From assembly GCA_951406725.2 (NCBI GenBank), contig OX597820.1:90706001-90770000 (forward strand): a DNA stretch of 64,000 bases, written 5' to 3'. The notes under the pieces are model-generated. The model was not told the DNA's origin. It worked only from the letters and a program-made list of their open reading frames with translations, and did no database searches. The DNA comes from Octopus vulgaris. Taxonomy: Eukaryota. Of this stretch, positions 36,956-56,900 are shown piece by piece. Numbering within the stretch: the stretch's first letter is position 1; every line of letters begins with the position of its first letter. A program made the position numbers and the translations under genes.

Positions 36956-39900
36956 AAGAGAGATGCATGCATGTACGTGTGCATGTATGCAGTGAACAAT
37001 TGCCAATTCGGCAGATAAACTAAAGCATATGGCCTTCAGAATTTCACAAACTGAAAACTTTCATAAATCGTATAAAGCCCTTTATATACAAATCGTGTCC
37101 TGCTAATTTATACAGAAAAATCTCATTCGGTTTCTGTAATCAAACTAGTAACATAATTATCAAACATTCCACTGGAGCTAACACAAATGGAACTTCTGGT
37201 TAAAAACCCCATTATTTTCATTTCAAAAATAAAGTACATACAGACGAACGAAAGATAGATAGAAATGAACTAATTCGTAGAAAGAAAGGGAAAATGCCTA
37301 TCTTTAATAACTCGATATTAAATTTTTGTGTTGTTTGGTTCATAGCATTGATGATCTCACATTAATATCTAATTCCAATAAGCAATGTACAAATTTTTAT
37401 TAAGATTATGTAAAGAAAGTAATAAAAGAGTAGAGAAAGAAATAATTAGATAATTTGTGAGTGAAGGTGTAGAGTGGGTACAGATGAAGGGGAACGGTTG
37501 TAACATTGTCAGGCACACTCATAAATCAAGTCATTTCTGCTTTATTGTTTTAGTATGTGTGTGAACATTAGCGTGTGTGGGTGGGTGTATGTGGAGCCTT
37601 TTATATCTGTTTATACATATGTATGTGTGTGTTTGTATGTGTATGTATGTGTGTGTGTACGTATTTATGTAAATAATTACCAGACTTGTTTTACATGAAA
37701 TAGGTTGGGATACTGCGTCAAAATTTAAACGTTATATACACGTACATGCGCATACACACACGGACACACGTATACAAACACCTAGAAGCATCCCCACGTA
37801 TACATGTGCACGTCGCTATGTACATCTATTCACATGAATATAAATCTGAATTTCATCTAATGTTGTGTTAAGAGGAGTCGCTTATCTGCGGCTCCATATT
37901 TTAAACTAATGAGTGGAAGTCATAAAAAGCGACTGCATGTGTTTTTTGTTATGACACTTGTGTGTCTCATATAACAATTTCGAATAATCTTATTCACAAT
38001 ATTCACCTGAACTGCTGCAATACAAGAAAGGAGAAAATATAATTTCACAGTACGGCAATACTGTATAACGAAAATTGAACTGATGAACAATTAATATGAA
38101 ACCCAATATCTTACATGATTGGTCATCTCACCTCTTTTTGTCGTTGTTGATTTTGTCAGTGCAGATAAGGCATGTGCCCTAGAACATTGTGTACACATTT
38201 GTTACCTGTGCTTGAAAAGAATGATGAAAGAAAGGTTTACAGGTACGTGAAACATAAAGCAGTGTCTACGATATCGACTTCTTTGCTCTACAGCAAATAA
38301 CTTGTGCACTCGACTCTAACTCGAGCTCACAGGATGAATTTCGTTTGAGTTTTTGTGGCTACAGTCTTGGACCGGCTGTACGGTTTACTCGCCTATGTGG
38401 CGGGCGTTTTTACGAGACAACACTCGTGTACGTGGCAATTGGCTAACAATGAGTACATATATCGTTTGACAAATCTTGCTTTTAATTCTGTAGAACGTCC
38501 ACTACACTCACCTCACCTGTCAAGCAAGGTGAGGATCCGGTTTAGTCGCTGATAACCCGCTCATAAAACTTGGGAACATATGTAACCAATTGAAGCAAAT
38601 GGAGCCTACTAAAGATACCCAAAATCTAAGAGGGTACAATCCATGCGATGGTCTTCATTATTACTGCGATCTATTTTTCCCCCACTTTTACTAATAACAA
38701 CACAGTCGACTTGGGACTATATAGTTAAATACATTCAATCCACAGCGCGATCGAATAACAGAATCACGAGACTGAGATGAGGTCTTCTTAAGCGAGCAGC
38801 ATTCGCTGCAATCACAGATATTGATGTATATGCCCACATTTATGCAACATATTAGCATACACACGTACACACATACACGTACATACGTGTATGTGTATGC
38901 ATAAAGTGACTGCATAAATGGATATACAGTCACACACAAATAGCTAGCTAGCTTAGAATGAGAGATAGATGATTACTATTTCAATAAATCGAATGAAATT
39001 GTGGTGATGTTTTGAAATAACAAAGTAAAAAATAGCATGAAACTTCGGTATCCCCAAGCTATTATATGTTTTATTAAATAAACAAGAACAACGATGGCAA
39101 TAAGAACAACAGCAACAACAACACTCACATACAACGAATCATTAAAACACATTTACACCCACCATCTAGTAGGCGCATGGATGCGAAGCCAATAATAATT
39201 ACACTGGCGCATATATATCTCACATGGACGCAGAAATGATAATTTATGTGTAAACTCATGCTCATATATGTAGGACTATCAGTAGCAATATTTACGTAGT
39301 AGACTACTAAGGAGAAGAAACTAGCCAGGGTAGAATTGCTAAAAAGGCTACCTATGAGGCTAGGAGAGGCGAAAAACTTTGCCAAATCGATCAAGTAAGA
39401 AAAGGGAACTACAGTCAGTCTCTGTTTATCTCTCGGTAGAGCAAACCTCTCAGATTTCCACAATATATAGATACTTACCCACGTACAAATACATACACAC
39501 ATACAAGCATATATATATATATACACAAACATATATACATATACACACACATACATATATATATATAATATAAATACTATATATCCATATATACATGCGT
39601 ATATGTACATACATATATACGTATATATGCATGCAAGTTTCTCCACGTTCGCCACCTCACCTTGTTTAGGCTTAAGCATCCCTTCCTGTTTGTTTCCACT
39701 GTCTTGTTTTTGTTACCAAATTTGACCCCGCGCCAAATTCCAAATTTTATTTAATTTGTTTTGCAGGAGCATCTGTTTTATCGAAGGCGTATCTTGTCGT
39801 GAAATTGCTCGAAATACGGTTTAGAAAAACAGCCGATAACTGATAAAGGGTCGTTCGTTATGTTACTTGTCTTTATTTCCATCTCCTTGTTTCGGTGTTC

Positions 39901-40112
39901 GCAAAAAAACGTTTATATTTCATGTATTTGTATTTCGTATTCCATATTTTCGTATTTTATGTTGTTTACGTTCTGTGACATCCTGTGCCCACATATGTAT
40001 TTGTATATACATATATATGTAAGTATGTACATATACGTATGTATATATGCATATATATTATTTATATTATTTTATGATTGAACGCCACGAAACCTTTTCC
40101 AATTAAGTTTTT

Positions 40113-40220
<108 letters not shown>

Positions 40221-41886
40221 TATTTGCATACATATATACATACATACGTACGTGTATACATGTATATAGGTGGGAAAACAATATATGTATATTGATATTA
40301 TTCAAAGATGTATTACTGAAATATGTACAGCAGGATATGTGAATATGGGTCGTATGCTTCGTTTTCAATAACTTATCAGCTAGGTGAACCTGCAAATATT
40401 GTCTTTTCACTGTAAATAATATTGTCAGTAAATGTTGTACATTAGTAGGCCTATCTGGTAGTTTAACCTTCTAGATATGGCAATGAAATCTTAATCAAAT
40501 CATACGTTTATGTGTTAAAGAGAGGACACGTTAAGTGATGTAAGCTTAGATACCCAATATCTAAAGAAATGAGAGGAGTAGCCATAGTAAGGACACATTT
40601 AATCATACTTCTGAACGAGTAGGACTCACGTGAAGCAGCAACAACTGCAGCAACAGCAGCAGCAGCAACAGCAAGGAGAACAACAGCAACAACAATGATG
40701 ACAGCGATGACAACAGCTGACAGAATGGAAGAGAGTACCAATTTTCTTTGACTTCGGTTTTAATAGTCCTTCCAATGTCTTTTTTTCTCTCTCTCTCATT
40801 TTAGTAGTTGTCATTTGCTGAATAGCTCAGTCATTGCCAATATGATGAGGATGATGATGATGATGATGATCATCATCATCATCACCATCACCTACACCAA
40901 AACAACTACTCTCATCTTCATCATCGTCATCATCATTTTCATCCTCCTCCTTATCTTCATCATCGTCATTTCCAACATGGCCACCACTACAATAATCAAC
41001 ATCTTCAAAGAGGATGTTGTGAATTTCATTATTTTCCGAACTGCTTTCCTATGTTAAAGAAAAGTGTGTTCACTTCAACGAGGAACCGAACGTGGTTCTC
41101 TGACAAGACAATGTTTCTAATAAAATGTGTTGATTGTACAATAATAAAATACTGCTTCATTTAACACGTAGATAACCCCTTATCAAAATATTTGCGAATT
41201 AAAGAATTTTCCCATGGGTGGTAACAAATATTTAGTTTTGTGATAGTTGTCTATGAAGAGAAAACGTTTTGTAATTAGGATATTGGGCTCACGATCGCTA
41301 CGGCATCGGTTCTATTCTGGGGTCAAGTTTCACATTGTCTCTTTCTGCAAGGAACTTCATTTCGCATTATTCTTGAACATTCAGTACATGTGTCATTGAG
41401 GCAAATTCGTCGATTAACTGGAATCTCGCTTAGTGGCGGCCAGCGCGTTATTATTTAACACTAAGTCAGATCTGCTCCATTAGTCAGTCTGTTCAAATGC
41501 TTTCCAGCCATGAATATCGCATCATTTTGTATATTAGTAACCGCGTCCGTGTATATTTAAAGCAGTATAATATGATCTATGAGAAATAAAGCTCCTGTTT
41601 GTGAAGTGCCGATTGCTCGCCCGTTGGCTGCTTAGAATTAGATTTTAACAAGGAATCAAAGCCGCTCTCGGTCAAAAATTGCAGGATCCAGTTCTTCCCA
41701 TGTAGCACATAGAATTTTATTTACTGGGCATCACATCTTGGGGAGGTTGTCAAAAGCATCGCTGGTTACAGGATTCCAGCAAATAACTTATTGTTTCGTT
41801 GCGTTTCCAATAACGAGGATAAGAAAAGAGAGCGTTAGTAGCTGAATAAAGAACACACAAAAATACATACGGGTGCGCGGACACAC

Positions 41887-41965
<79 letters not shown>

Positions 41966-41994
41966 TCATGGAAATACGTGTTCCTGCATATTTT

Positions 41995-43380
<1,386 letters not shown>

Positions 43381-44607
43381 GTGTATAGTAAATATTCTGA
43401 GAGTTCTATCAGTAATTCACCCACGTACGGGCCCTCTATGTGAACGCACGCTATTCTAGAACTAACAGTGAAATCGCTTTTAAACTGTATCGTATTGGCT
43501 TTAAAGGTAATATAAAGGACACATTTTTATGTCGTCCGCGATGCTAGCTTTATAGGGAAGAAAATAATTGTATCGCCATGGGCCGAATGCTTGCAGTCGT
43601 AACACTGCTCGACCTAGGACCGAACGACAACAGCTACAATAATTGCTAGGACAACATTAGAACTGCAACTAACACACCGATAACTACAGTTTGGTTTGTG
43701 CGTGAAAGTTTGACGTAACTCAATCAAGACGGCGATCATGTACACTGTTGATGAAAACATTGATATCACATTGATGCAGTTTGATGCTGTTACATAATTG
43801 TGTTTTTATTGTTTAATATCATGATAAAACGAGAAGCCTACAAAATACACTTATTTGCACATACACAAACGTACACATAAACAAACCTTACTCACATAGT
43901 CACACGCGCGCACACACATTGTTCCTGAGTTTATGCATGCCTGTGTTGCATGAATGCTTATGAAAATAAATGTATTTATATATGTATATGTATACATGTA
44001 TTTATGTGTGTGTGTGTATGAGTATATTTGTACATTTATGTAACACACACACACACATATATATATATATATCATACATAGATAAGGAGAGAGATATGTA
44101 CGAGTGTGTGTGTGTGCGTGTTTGCGCGCGCCTCTGTCCATGTTTGCTTATGAAGTTGAATGGTCTCTATCCGTGAATGTAAGCATACGTATGTTTGAGC
44201 GCATGTATATATATATATATGTGTGCGTGTGTGTGTGTATGTGCGCGTGCGTTCGGTGTATATGAAAGAGAAAGAGAGATAACGCCGTATGTAACTATAA
44301 AATAACTGTTTAGTCAACAGGATAGTAATGCTTGTTTATCGAGCGTGACAACTTCGTAACAGTAACGGCAGGTAAACTACTATCCACATTGAATAGGTTC
44401 AAATTAACTATCCTCTTTGATAGTTTCACACCAAGTACTACACCTGTCCCCGTGTCATTGTTTTCCAAGAAAATCATATAGTAATTTGATTCTCCTCTTG
44501 CTACTCTCAAACGGACATACTGACAACATTCGTTACCGCCGCTTCCTGGTCGCTCTATGCACTTACCTACGGAATTAAACATCCGTTATATCTATCTATC
44601 TATCTAC

Positions 44608-44710
<103 letters not shown>

Positions 44711-44716
44711 TCTATA

Positions 44717-44784
<68 letters not shown>

Positions 44785-44797
44785 ATCTATCTATCTA

Positions 44798-44877
<80 letters not shown>

Positions 44878-44905
44878 TCTATATATATATATATATATAT
44901 ATCTG

Positions 44906-44948
<43 letters not shown>

Positions 44949-44969
44949 GTCTGTCTGTCTGTCTATATA

Positions 44970-45006
<37 letters not shown>

Positions 45007-45019
45007 GTCAGTCTGTCCG

Positions 45020-45073
<54 letters not shown>

Positions 45074-45249
45074 CACTATATTTATATTTATACACACACA
45101 AACACACACACATACACACACACACACATATATATATATATACATATATACATATACAAACACACACATACATACATACGTGTATATGTATGTATATATA
45201 TATATATATGTATGTATATATATGTATATATATATATAATAGTATATCT

Positions 45250-45798
45250 TGAGCCACTGCTTGCATCATTTTTGCCTCTTTCTTTCTTGTCCTTTTTTCC
45301 CATCTCTTTATCTTTTTCACTTTCTGTAAGTACTTTCCCATTTTCTCTTTTTTTATGTTGTTTTTTTTATATCTCTGCCAAACCATTCCATAACACTGAC
45401 TTCTTGTAGAAGCTGCATCCTTCATCAACGGCAAATCTAGCTATTGAGTACACCCCCTCTAAGCAAACCAAGAACAAAACGTGTGAGCTGGACGGTCTTT
45501 TCTCTTCATTCTTCCTTTCTTCCTTTCTTTCTTCTTGACTCACTATTCCTTCCTCCTTTCTGTTGAAAGAACTCAAGTATATTGTTTTTTTTTCATCTTT
45601 TCCACTCCACTCAAAAAAAAAAATAAATAAATGGACAAAGCAGAAAAAAAGTAAGAAAAGAAAACATTATTACTTTTACTGTGAATCTACAGAAAAGAGA
45701 TAAAGTGGAAAGGTAAGAAGACGGTATTAAAAAGAAGAAAAACGAGAAAGAAAAATACAGGGGATATGATTATATAATTCGGACGAAAATATACAGAA

Positions 45799-45863
<65 letters not shown>

Positions 45864-47592
45864 TATTATTTTAAATTCATATGATAAAGGAAAAGTGTGT
45901 TGACGAAGAGAGAGAGAGAGAGAGAGAAAGAGTTGTGAGGGAGAGCGGATAAACAGGTGTGAGGGAGAGAGGATAGAGAAAGAGATAGGTAGATAGAGAG
46001 AGGGAAGGCGAGAGAGAAAGAGAGAACGAGCGAGAGAGAGCGAAGAAGAGAATGAGAGAAAGCAGTTTGGTGGAAGAATACGGCAACTTCACAGGCACAC
46101 ACCTTCTGAACAAATATTATACGGCAGGAATATATAAGGCAAAAGAGCAGAGTGAAATAGAGTGTTTGAGAAGAATAAGGGAAAAGATAAATACAACACA
46201 CAGACACACAGAGACGGACATATGAATGGATATATATATGCGTGTGTACATATATGAAAATATATATATGTATATGTGAAGAGAAAAGATAGAGAGATGG
46301 ACGAGTGAATGAGAGAGGAAGGGAAGTTCGAGAAAAAGAGGAGAGTGAGAAGGAGAGAAAGGAGGAGAAAAAGAGAGGAGAGAGAGAGCGTGAGAGAAAG
46401 AGAGAGAGAAGGAGCGATCCAGAGATAATTACAAAGGAACAAGTTAACAAAACAGAAGCATACGTAGAGAAAGTAAATATTGGTAGTTGAGAGAATATTT
46501 AATATATAAAAGAAAAAAAAGAAAGAAAGAAAAGAGGAATAATAAAACAACAGCAACAACAACAACAACAACAAATATTTCCAGTTTTATGGAGGAATTT
46601 GTAATCGAAACATTTGATTTTTTTATGTTCATACATAGTGGTCTTATATTATAATACATTGTTTGTTTTACACATTAATATTTACATATACACACACACA
46701 CATACATACATACATATATTAATACATGCACCCACCCACAGATACACACCCATACACACCCATACACACCCATGCACACACACATACTCATGCTATCTAC
46801 GTATGTGTGTATATGTATATAAAGTAAAGTGATGCTACAAGAGTTTCAATTAACGTACATCGAATAGACCTCATTATTTATTTATCTGCACAAGTGAACT
46901 ACTGTTTAAAAGTAGAAAGGAGAAAAAGGAGGTGCAGCAACAGTATAAATTCTGCAGTCTTTCTAAAGGGAGAAAAAAATAAGGGTGTAAAAAAGCAAAA
47001 AAAAAAAAAAGCAGAACAAAATAAGCACGAGAAATCTATTGAAAAGTTTCTCCATAGAGGCAAATTGAAGTTCATACATATTTACATAAAATTCGTATGA
47101 ATTAGAAATTATTATTACAACACAAAAAATATTAAAAAATTAATCATATACAAAGAGAAAGGGATAAGCAAAAACAAAAAAAAAAACGAAAGAAAGAGAA
47201 AAAGGCAAAAGAAATTAAGAAAGAAAAAGAGGTGGAATTTATGGTTAATATAAAAATATATATTAAGCTAACACGGAAATTTATCCTTACTGAAGTCTGC
47301 TTCTTCAAATTTCAATACATATGTATATATATATATATATATAAGTATATATGTATATGCATGTGTATGGAATCTTGCAAATATTAATTGTGTAATTATA
47401 TTATTTACCGGCTACCAACAAATTCAAGTAAAACGAACAAGCAGCGCGCCTCCTCGGAAAGTGGAATTGTTCAATTTCTTTTAGCTCTATCTTCGCCGTC
47501 GTCGCGCTGTTTGTTTGTTACTTTCATTCTATATAAATATATATTGTTTTTGTCACTTTCATTGACTGGCTTGAGTAGCTGGAAGCTAAACA
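45250..47592 (+). promoter_or_regulatory. Putative promoter/5'UTR region of the signal-peptide gene
   Basis: TE-free stretch with GA-rich tracts (45900-46420) and a small CpG-containing patch (47440-47510). Candidate donor AAG|GTAAGA at 45712/45713 and acceptor tttcttttag at 47475-47484. TSS cannot be determined. Confidence 0.35.
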
Positions 47593-47665
47593 ATGAAATT
47601 TGGATATACAAGCATGATGAGCGGAGTAACTGTTGTGGTGTTTCTATTATTAATCTTTCCTTCAG
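47593..47665 (+). CDS. First coding exon of a secreted or membrane protein (signal peptide MKFGYTSMMSGVTVVVFLLLIFPS)
   Basis: ATG with A at -3 and an in-frame TAA at 47587-47589. Basic N-region plus hydrophobic core; perfect donor CAG|GTAAGT at 47665/47666 (phase 1). Confidence 0.75.
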
Positions 47666-48162
47666 GTAAGTTTAATTCATTCTACTAAATTAGCCTACAC
47701 TATTTTAGTTTTTTTCCTTCTTACTTCACACTACATAACATCCTTTTCTTCTCTCAGCTCAGTCAGACTTCTTCTGTATCTTAATTTTTATATCTTGCTG
47801 GACATATCAACATAATTAAATATAACAAAAAAAAAAAAACAGAGAGAAAAAGAATGAAGTAAAACAGAAAATAAAAAGAAAAAAACGGAATATATACAAA
47901 AGAAACGATAAAAAAAAAAGTAATTGTAAGCGAACACGTTATGAACATGTGGTTGTTATATTTCACAATGCACTTTCACTTTTATTCGATTCGACAATAT
48001 TCCGAGTGAAGAGATCGCAGAAATTTTTTTTTAATATAAATATATATATATCAACGCATTCGCGACAAATGTGGACCGACACATAGACACAAACGTCACA
48101 TATACATAACACACACACACACAGACACACAAACACGCATGCACACTCATACACACATTGAT

Positions 48163-48193
<31 letters not shown>

Positions 48194-48433
48194 CAAAAAC
48201 ACACGCACAGCGTGTGTGTACATCAAAATAAATATTGTACATCAGTAGTCCTTACATTGACTACACACGTGCATATAAAATTATGTCGCGCATGTATGTT
48301 AATCTACCTCATGGTTGTACTCAAGTATGAAGGTATGTGTGTATGTATATATCTCTATGTATACGTGTGTGTGTGGGTATACATTCCTGAATCTTTATAT
48401 AGACAGATTTTTCGATATATACATATATATATG

Positions 48434-48486
<53 letters not shown>

Positions 48487-48496
48487 TATATGTATG

Positions 48497-48551
<55 letters not shown>

Positions 48552-48748
48552 TGATAAATATGTATGTGGTCTTTTTAAATCATTCTCTATATACACTACT
48601 ATCATCATTTTCTCTTCTCTTCTCATCTGTCCTTCTATCTTTCACGCTCTCTCTCTCTTTCTCATTCTTTTTCTTTCTTTCTGTGCTTGTATGTGCATCT
48701 GTATGTGTGTGTATGCGTATGCGTACATGTGAGAAAATGAGAGAATGT

Positions 48749-48790
<42 letters not shown>

Positions 48791-48944
48791 GTCTATCACT
48801 ATTACACTACACATATCAACATTCCGAAAATAACAAAACTAATGCAACACATTACAGAGATGTGTGCTTATATTTTCTAAATATAAATATGTCGCCTCTT
48901 TTCACATTTATGCAAGTGCATTCTTTCACACAAGCTTTCGGCTA

Positions 48945-48996
<52 letters not shown>

Positions 48997-49121
48997 TATA
49001 CATTCACACATGCACAAACCCACGCCCGCAAACACACTCACACAGACTAACATGCAAACATTCAAACCGCAGAAATATATACAAACACAGAAATATAAAC
49101 ATACATGCAGACACACCCTCA

Positions 49122-49175
<54 letters not shown>

Positions 49176-49229
49176 CATATATATGTATATATATATACAC
49201 ACACATATATATATCTGCAACTATCTATC

Positions 49230-49276
<47 letters not shown>

Positions 49277-49474
49277 ATCTACACAAACACTTTCACACTC
49301 ACACATACATATATATGGATTGATATACGTACGTACCTACAAGAACAGCAGCATAAATATATAGCATATTGATATATACAGACGCACATACAGTTAAAGG
49401 GAGGAGACAACGGACAGAACGTGGTGCTTCACCATGGGCTTAAGTTTGATGACAAAAACATAATAAGTACATAT

Positions 49475-49535
<61 letters not shown>

Positions 49536-49542
49536 TATACAT

Positions 49543-49582
<40 letters not shown>

Positions 49583-49584
49583 AT

Positions 49585-49651
<67 letters not shown>

Positions 49652-50323
49652 CACCAGAATGGACAGTGCCTATGGTTGAAAGCATTAGGAGAATAAAAAG
49701 CAGAATATGTGGATATTCACAAGTACCATAAGTACGATCATACATGGATATTTACGAAACTCGCGTTTTCTCAACATGTGTGCGTGTGTTTTTCATGTAT
49801 ATATTTCTGAGTGCATTTTCACACAACGAGCACAAATCGCGTATCCACGTTCTGATAGAAATGAAGTTGAATAATAATTTTTGATATATATATTTTTACA
49901 TTGTGAGTGTGTGTGTGTGTGTGTGTGTTTGTGTGTGTGTTTGTGCGTGTGTGCGTGTTTTTGTGTGCAAAATATATGTGTGTGAGTGTGTTTGCGTGCG
50001 TGTGTATATATTATAACTGCTCATATGTACATATACACACACACACATATATATATATATATCTGTGTGTATGTATATATGTATGTATGTGTGTGCGAGC
50101 AACTCTCTGTGTGTGTATGCAATATATGTAGGACGTATAATATAAACCTTGGTTAAATTCTCGAGTATATACAGCACCGTTGTATGCAATTACACACACA
50201 CACCTATAGATACACACACACACACACACACACAAACATATATATATAGAGATACACATACATATATATATATATGCATATATATATATACAAACATGCA
50301 CACACGCACTCACTCACACACAA

Positions 50324-50374
<51 letters not shown>

Positions 50375-50435
50375 AAATGAGAGAGAGAGAGACAGATGCA
50401 CATAAATAAACATAACGATATATAGATAGACAGAC

Positions 50436-50503
<68 letters not shown>

Positions 50504-50796
50504 CAGGCTGCATGCTCGTAAGCCTTCCATCTATTTATCGTACGCGAAGATTTCGAAATACCTTATTTTCAACACATGCTCATCAACGAAACCAAAATTA
50601 ACAGGTGTGTATCGAGCACCAGTTTGATTGTGTACGACAAAACTATACCAACAACCCAACAAGCAAAACACAATTAACACACGCTCACACAGTGGCCCAT
50701 GTTTACACACTCACACATAATTCTTGGTATATATGTATTGACATATGTATATACCTTCGCGTGTATGATGTAAGCATATATGTAAGTGTTTATGCA

Positions 50797-51195
50797 GGCG
50801 CAGGAGTGGCTGTGTGGTAAGTAGCTTGCTAACCAACCACATGGTTCCGGGTTCAGTCCCACTGCATGGCATCTTGGGCAAGTGTCTTCTGCTATAGCCC
50901 CGGGCAGACCAATGCCTTGTGAGTGGATTTGGTAGACGGAAACTGAAAGAAGCCTGTCGTATATATGTATATATATATATGTATTTGTGTGTTTGTGTTT
51001 GTCCCCCTAGCATTGCTTGACAACCGATGCTGGTGTGTTTACGTCCCCGTCACTTAGCGGTTCGGCAAAAGAGACCGATAGAATAAGTACTGGGCTTACA
51101 AAGAATAAGCCCTGGGGTCGATTTGCTCGACTAAAGGCGGTGCTCCAGCATGGCCGCAGTCAAATAACTGAAACAAGTAAAAGAGTAAAAGAGTA
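50797..51195 (+). mobile_element. CORE-type SINE, young full-length copy (within predicted intron)
   Basis: A box TGGCTGTGTGG, B box GGTTCAGTCCC, catcttgggcaagtg core, internal TA/TG repeat, and (aaaagagt)n tail. Confidence 0.9.
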
Positions 51196-51384
51196 TATAT
51201 GGAAGGGCCACGAGTTAGTATATGTGTATTAGGTGTGTATACGGCAAAGACTCGTGCATATAGATAAGAAACTTCAGTAGACATACGCTGTTGCTAGAAG
51301 TGTAGATTATGATGATTAAGACTAAAGTGTTTGTGAGCTATAGTTTTATATCAGTATCAACGTTGCAGCAGTTATATATATTAT

Positions 51385-54435
<3,051 letters not shown>

Positions 54436-56189
54436 GTATAGTATTCTTCGCTTCCAACTTCATCATGTTTGTCACCGTTCTTGTCATACTGGACACCTCT
54501 CGCCGACACAAATCATCTCCACCAACACCACCACCACCACCACAACCACGAGGTAAAATCACGAGGATGTCATATAATTTAGAACATGTGTGGTTTCTTA
54601 TACCCTCTGCCACAGTACCAAACATTGTTTCTATGGTAGCAACCACTCTCAAAATACACCCCTGTCTCTCTTTTTCTTTATCAACGTTTCTATATATATT
54701 TACCTACTTCTCACTGGTTCTCTTTCCCGCTCTTCTTCAATCTCTCTCTCTTTCTCTCGCTCGCTCTCTTTCTCTCTCAAGTACAGCCACTCATACGCGC
54801 AATACCATAACAGTTGCACACTTCATGTTGTTCGAGCTAACGTATGAGCACAATTGGGGGTCGCTCGAGATGCTAGAAGTAATCGACTTATGCCAAATCG
54901 TACATTGCCATCTTAGAAAAATACACTATATATGTAGTGATCCCAGATTCCATGTAGAAAGGAAAGAAAAACCCCAAGTGGCCAGTGATAGGAAGCATAA
55001 GATCAAATGTTTTGCTCGATCACAGCTGACCTGGGGGTTGAAAAATAATTTCATGTCATTCGCTGGACTCCATATCGGGACAGTGTACATGAATCTCACC
55101 TTCTGGTTATGAAACTAAGATTTATAGATACAAAACGCATACATACACACAATTATTATGTATGTGATATAAATATATGTGTGTATGTGTGTGCTTGTAT
55201 GTGTATGTGTGTGTGTGTTTCTATACAGAAACGGGCGGACACACGCACACAATTATAGATGTTGCATATATAGATAAATAGATAGACAGACAGACAGATA
55301 GATAGATAGATATTCTTTTACTTCTTTCCTCTTCCGGTTTTGACGATGCAAGGGCATCGCTGTTTCGTGCAATTGCTTGTTATTTCATTACACTTCTAAA
55401 GCACTTATTTTGTACATTGAACATTGTATCAGTGAATCTGTAACCTGGAGGATATCACTCTTATTTGTATTTCTTGCCTTATTGTGGGTTCATATCTCAT
55501 CTAAGTTAAAACTAAAACATTAAATGCTTTTCGAAAATATTCACATCTAGAGCTCATAAGTAGTTCGTCAGATTTTCCAACAAGATGTTGAAAAAAGTAG
55601 TTAATGCATAGATATAGTAATCTATTTGCTTTTGATAAGGGTTTTTAACGTGAAATGCTATCATATATGTTGGAACAATGAATCGTCATTCTTGTAGTAC
55701 TTCTCATTCCATTCAATATATCCAACTGGCAATCTAGTGCTAACTTTATTTCGGTTTCGCGAAAGTTCACACATACTAAACAACATTGATATAAACAAAG
55801 AGTGTGTGTATACAGGGTGTACATGAAGGTTTGTATGAGGGTTTATGTTTATACATATGTGTATATATAAAAATGTGTGCGTGAGTCAGCGGGTGTTTAT
55901 CATATATATATATGCTATATATATGTGTGTGTGTGGTTTGTGTCTTAGTATATGTATACATATATGCTTAAGACAAACACGGAACACTCACACACACACA
56001 CACACACACACTCACACACAATTATAAAGCAGACAGAGGTGATAATAGACAGTTTGACAATCACAGGTGCACATGTATACACATTTAACTTTGTATCCAT
56101 ACATATGCACCCATGTACATGTGCTTGTGTGTACATGCATACAAATACTTGCATTCATAAATATATCAGTGCATAAACAGGCATATAAC

Positions 56190-56520
56190 AATGGGAAGAC
56201 TCAGAGACTCTGTATGTCGTATTGCTATCCGACGTTTGGTATACAACCTAAGACATGGTGAGTGTTAAAGAAATACAGCATCAGAAAGAGTATAAATGAG
56301 ACTAGTCAGATACTAGCAAACAGTTTGGAAGACATTTGGGTTCAAACGTCTGGGCACAAAATAGGTTGCTGGAGGTCAGATGTAAAAACGACGTTAAGAT
56401 TTCTTCACGTACAGAAAAAGAGGGCTAAGATGGTGGAGAAGTTGTTTGGGAAACTTAAAGGGAAACATGTGATGGAAATATTTTCACAGCTGGTGAGATG
56501 GTGCCGACTGTAAGGCTTTC
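56190..56520 (+). mobile_element. Very old RTE-like LINE 3' fragment
   Basis: RLCMSYCYPTFGIQPKTW resembles the RTE 'LY...LP.LLYG.ETW' region; otherwise decayed. Confidence 0.3.
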
Positions 56521-56587
56521 TAGGTACACAGCTTAATGTGTGTGTTTGCTTTCTATATCACATCATATATATGGAACTTAAATATAC

Positions 56588-56636
<49 letters not shown>

Positions 56637-56848
56637 TAGATGCAGCGTGTATGCATACATCTCTATGCACACATACATGTGTATATGTATATATGTATAC
56701 ATATATATATATATATACATATATATATATTGTATATATATGTATGTATATATATATATATGTATATATACGTATATGTATATATATATTTATACATATA
56801 TATACATATATATATATATGTATATATATATGTATATATATATACATG

Positions 56849-56900
<52 letters not shown>

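Noticed and set aside
38480-38690. Possible RTE-like 5'UTR with an HDV-like ribozyme
   Set aside because: The P1.1 and J4/2 elements of an HDV fold could not be placed; too degenerate to call.
40625-40700. PolyQ-like CAG/CAA run (THVKQQQLQQQQ...)
   Set aside because: Short, ends in a stop, has no credible acceptor, and lies beside other triplet repeats.
44310-44582. 90-aa minus-strand ORF and a perfect minus-strand donor AG|GTAAGT at 44567/44566
   Set aside because: No domain similarity. The donor is preceded almost directly by GATA repeats, and the same 8-mer occurs inside a TE at ~613, so chance is likely.
49647-49670. RE1/NRSE-like half sites (GCACC-5 nt-GGACAGTGCC)
   Set aside because: Non-canonical spacing and a weak left half; REST-type regulation is not established for molluscs.
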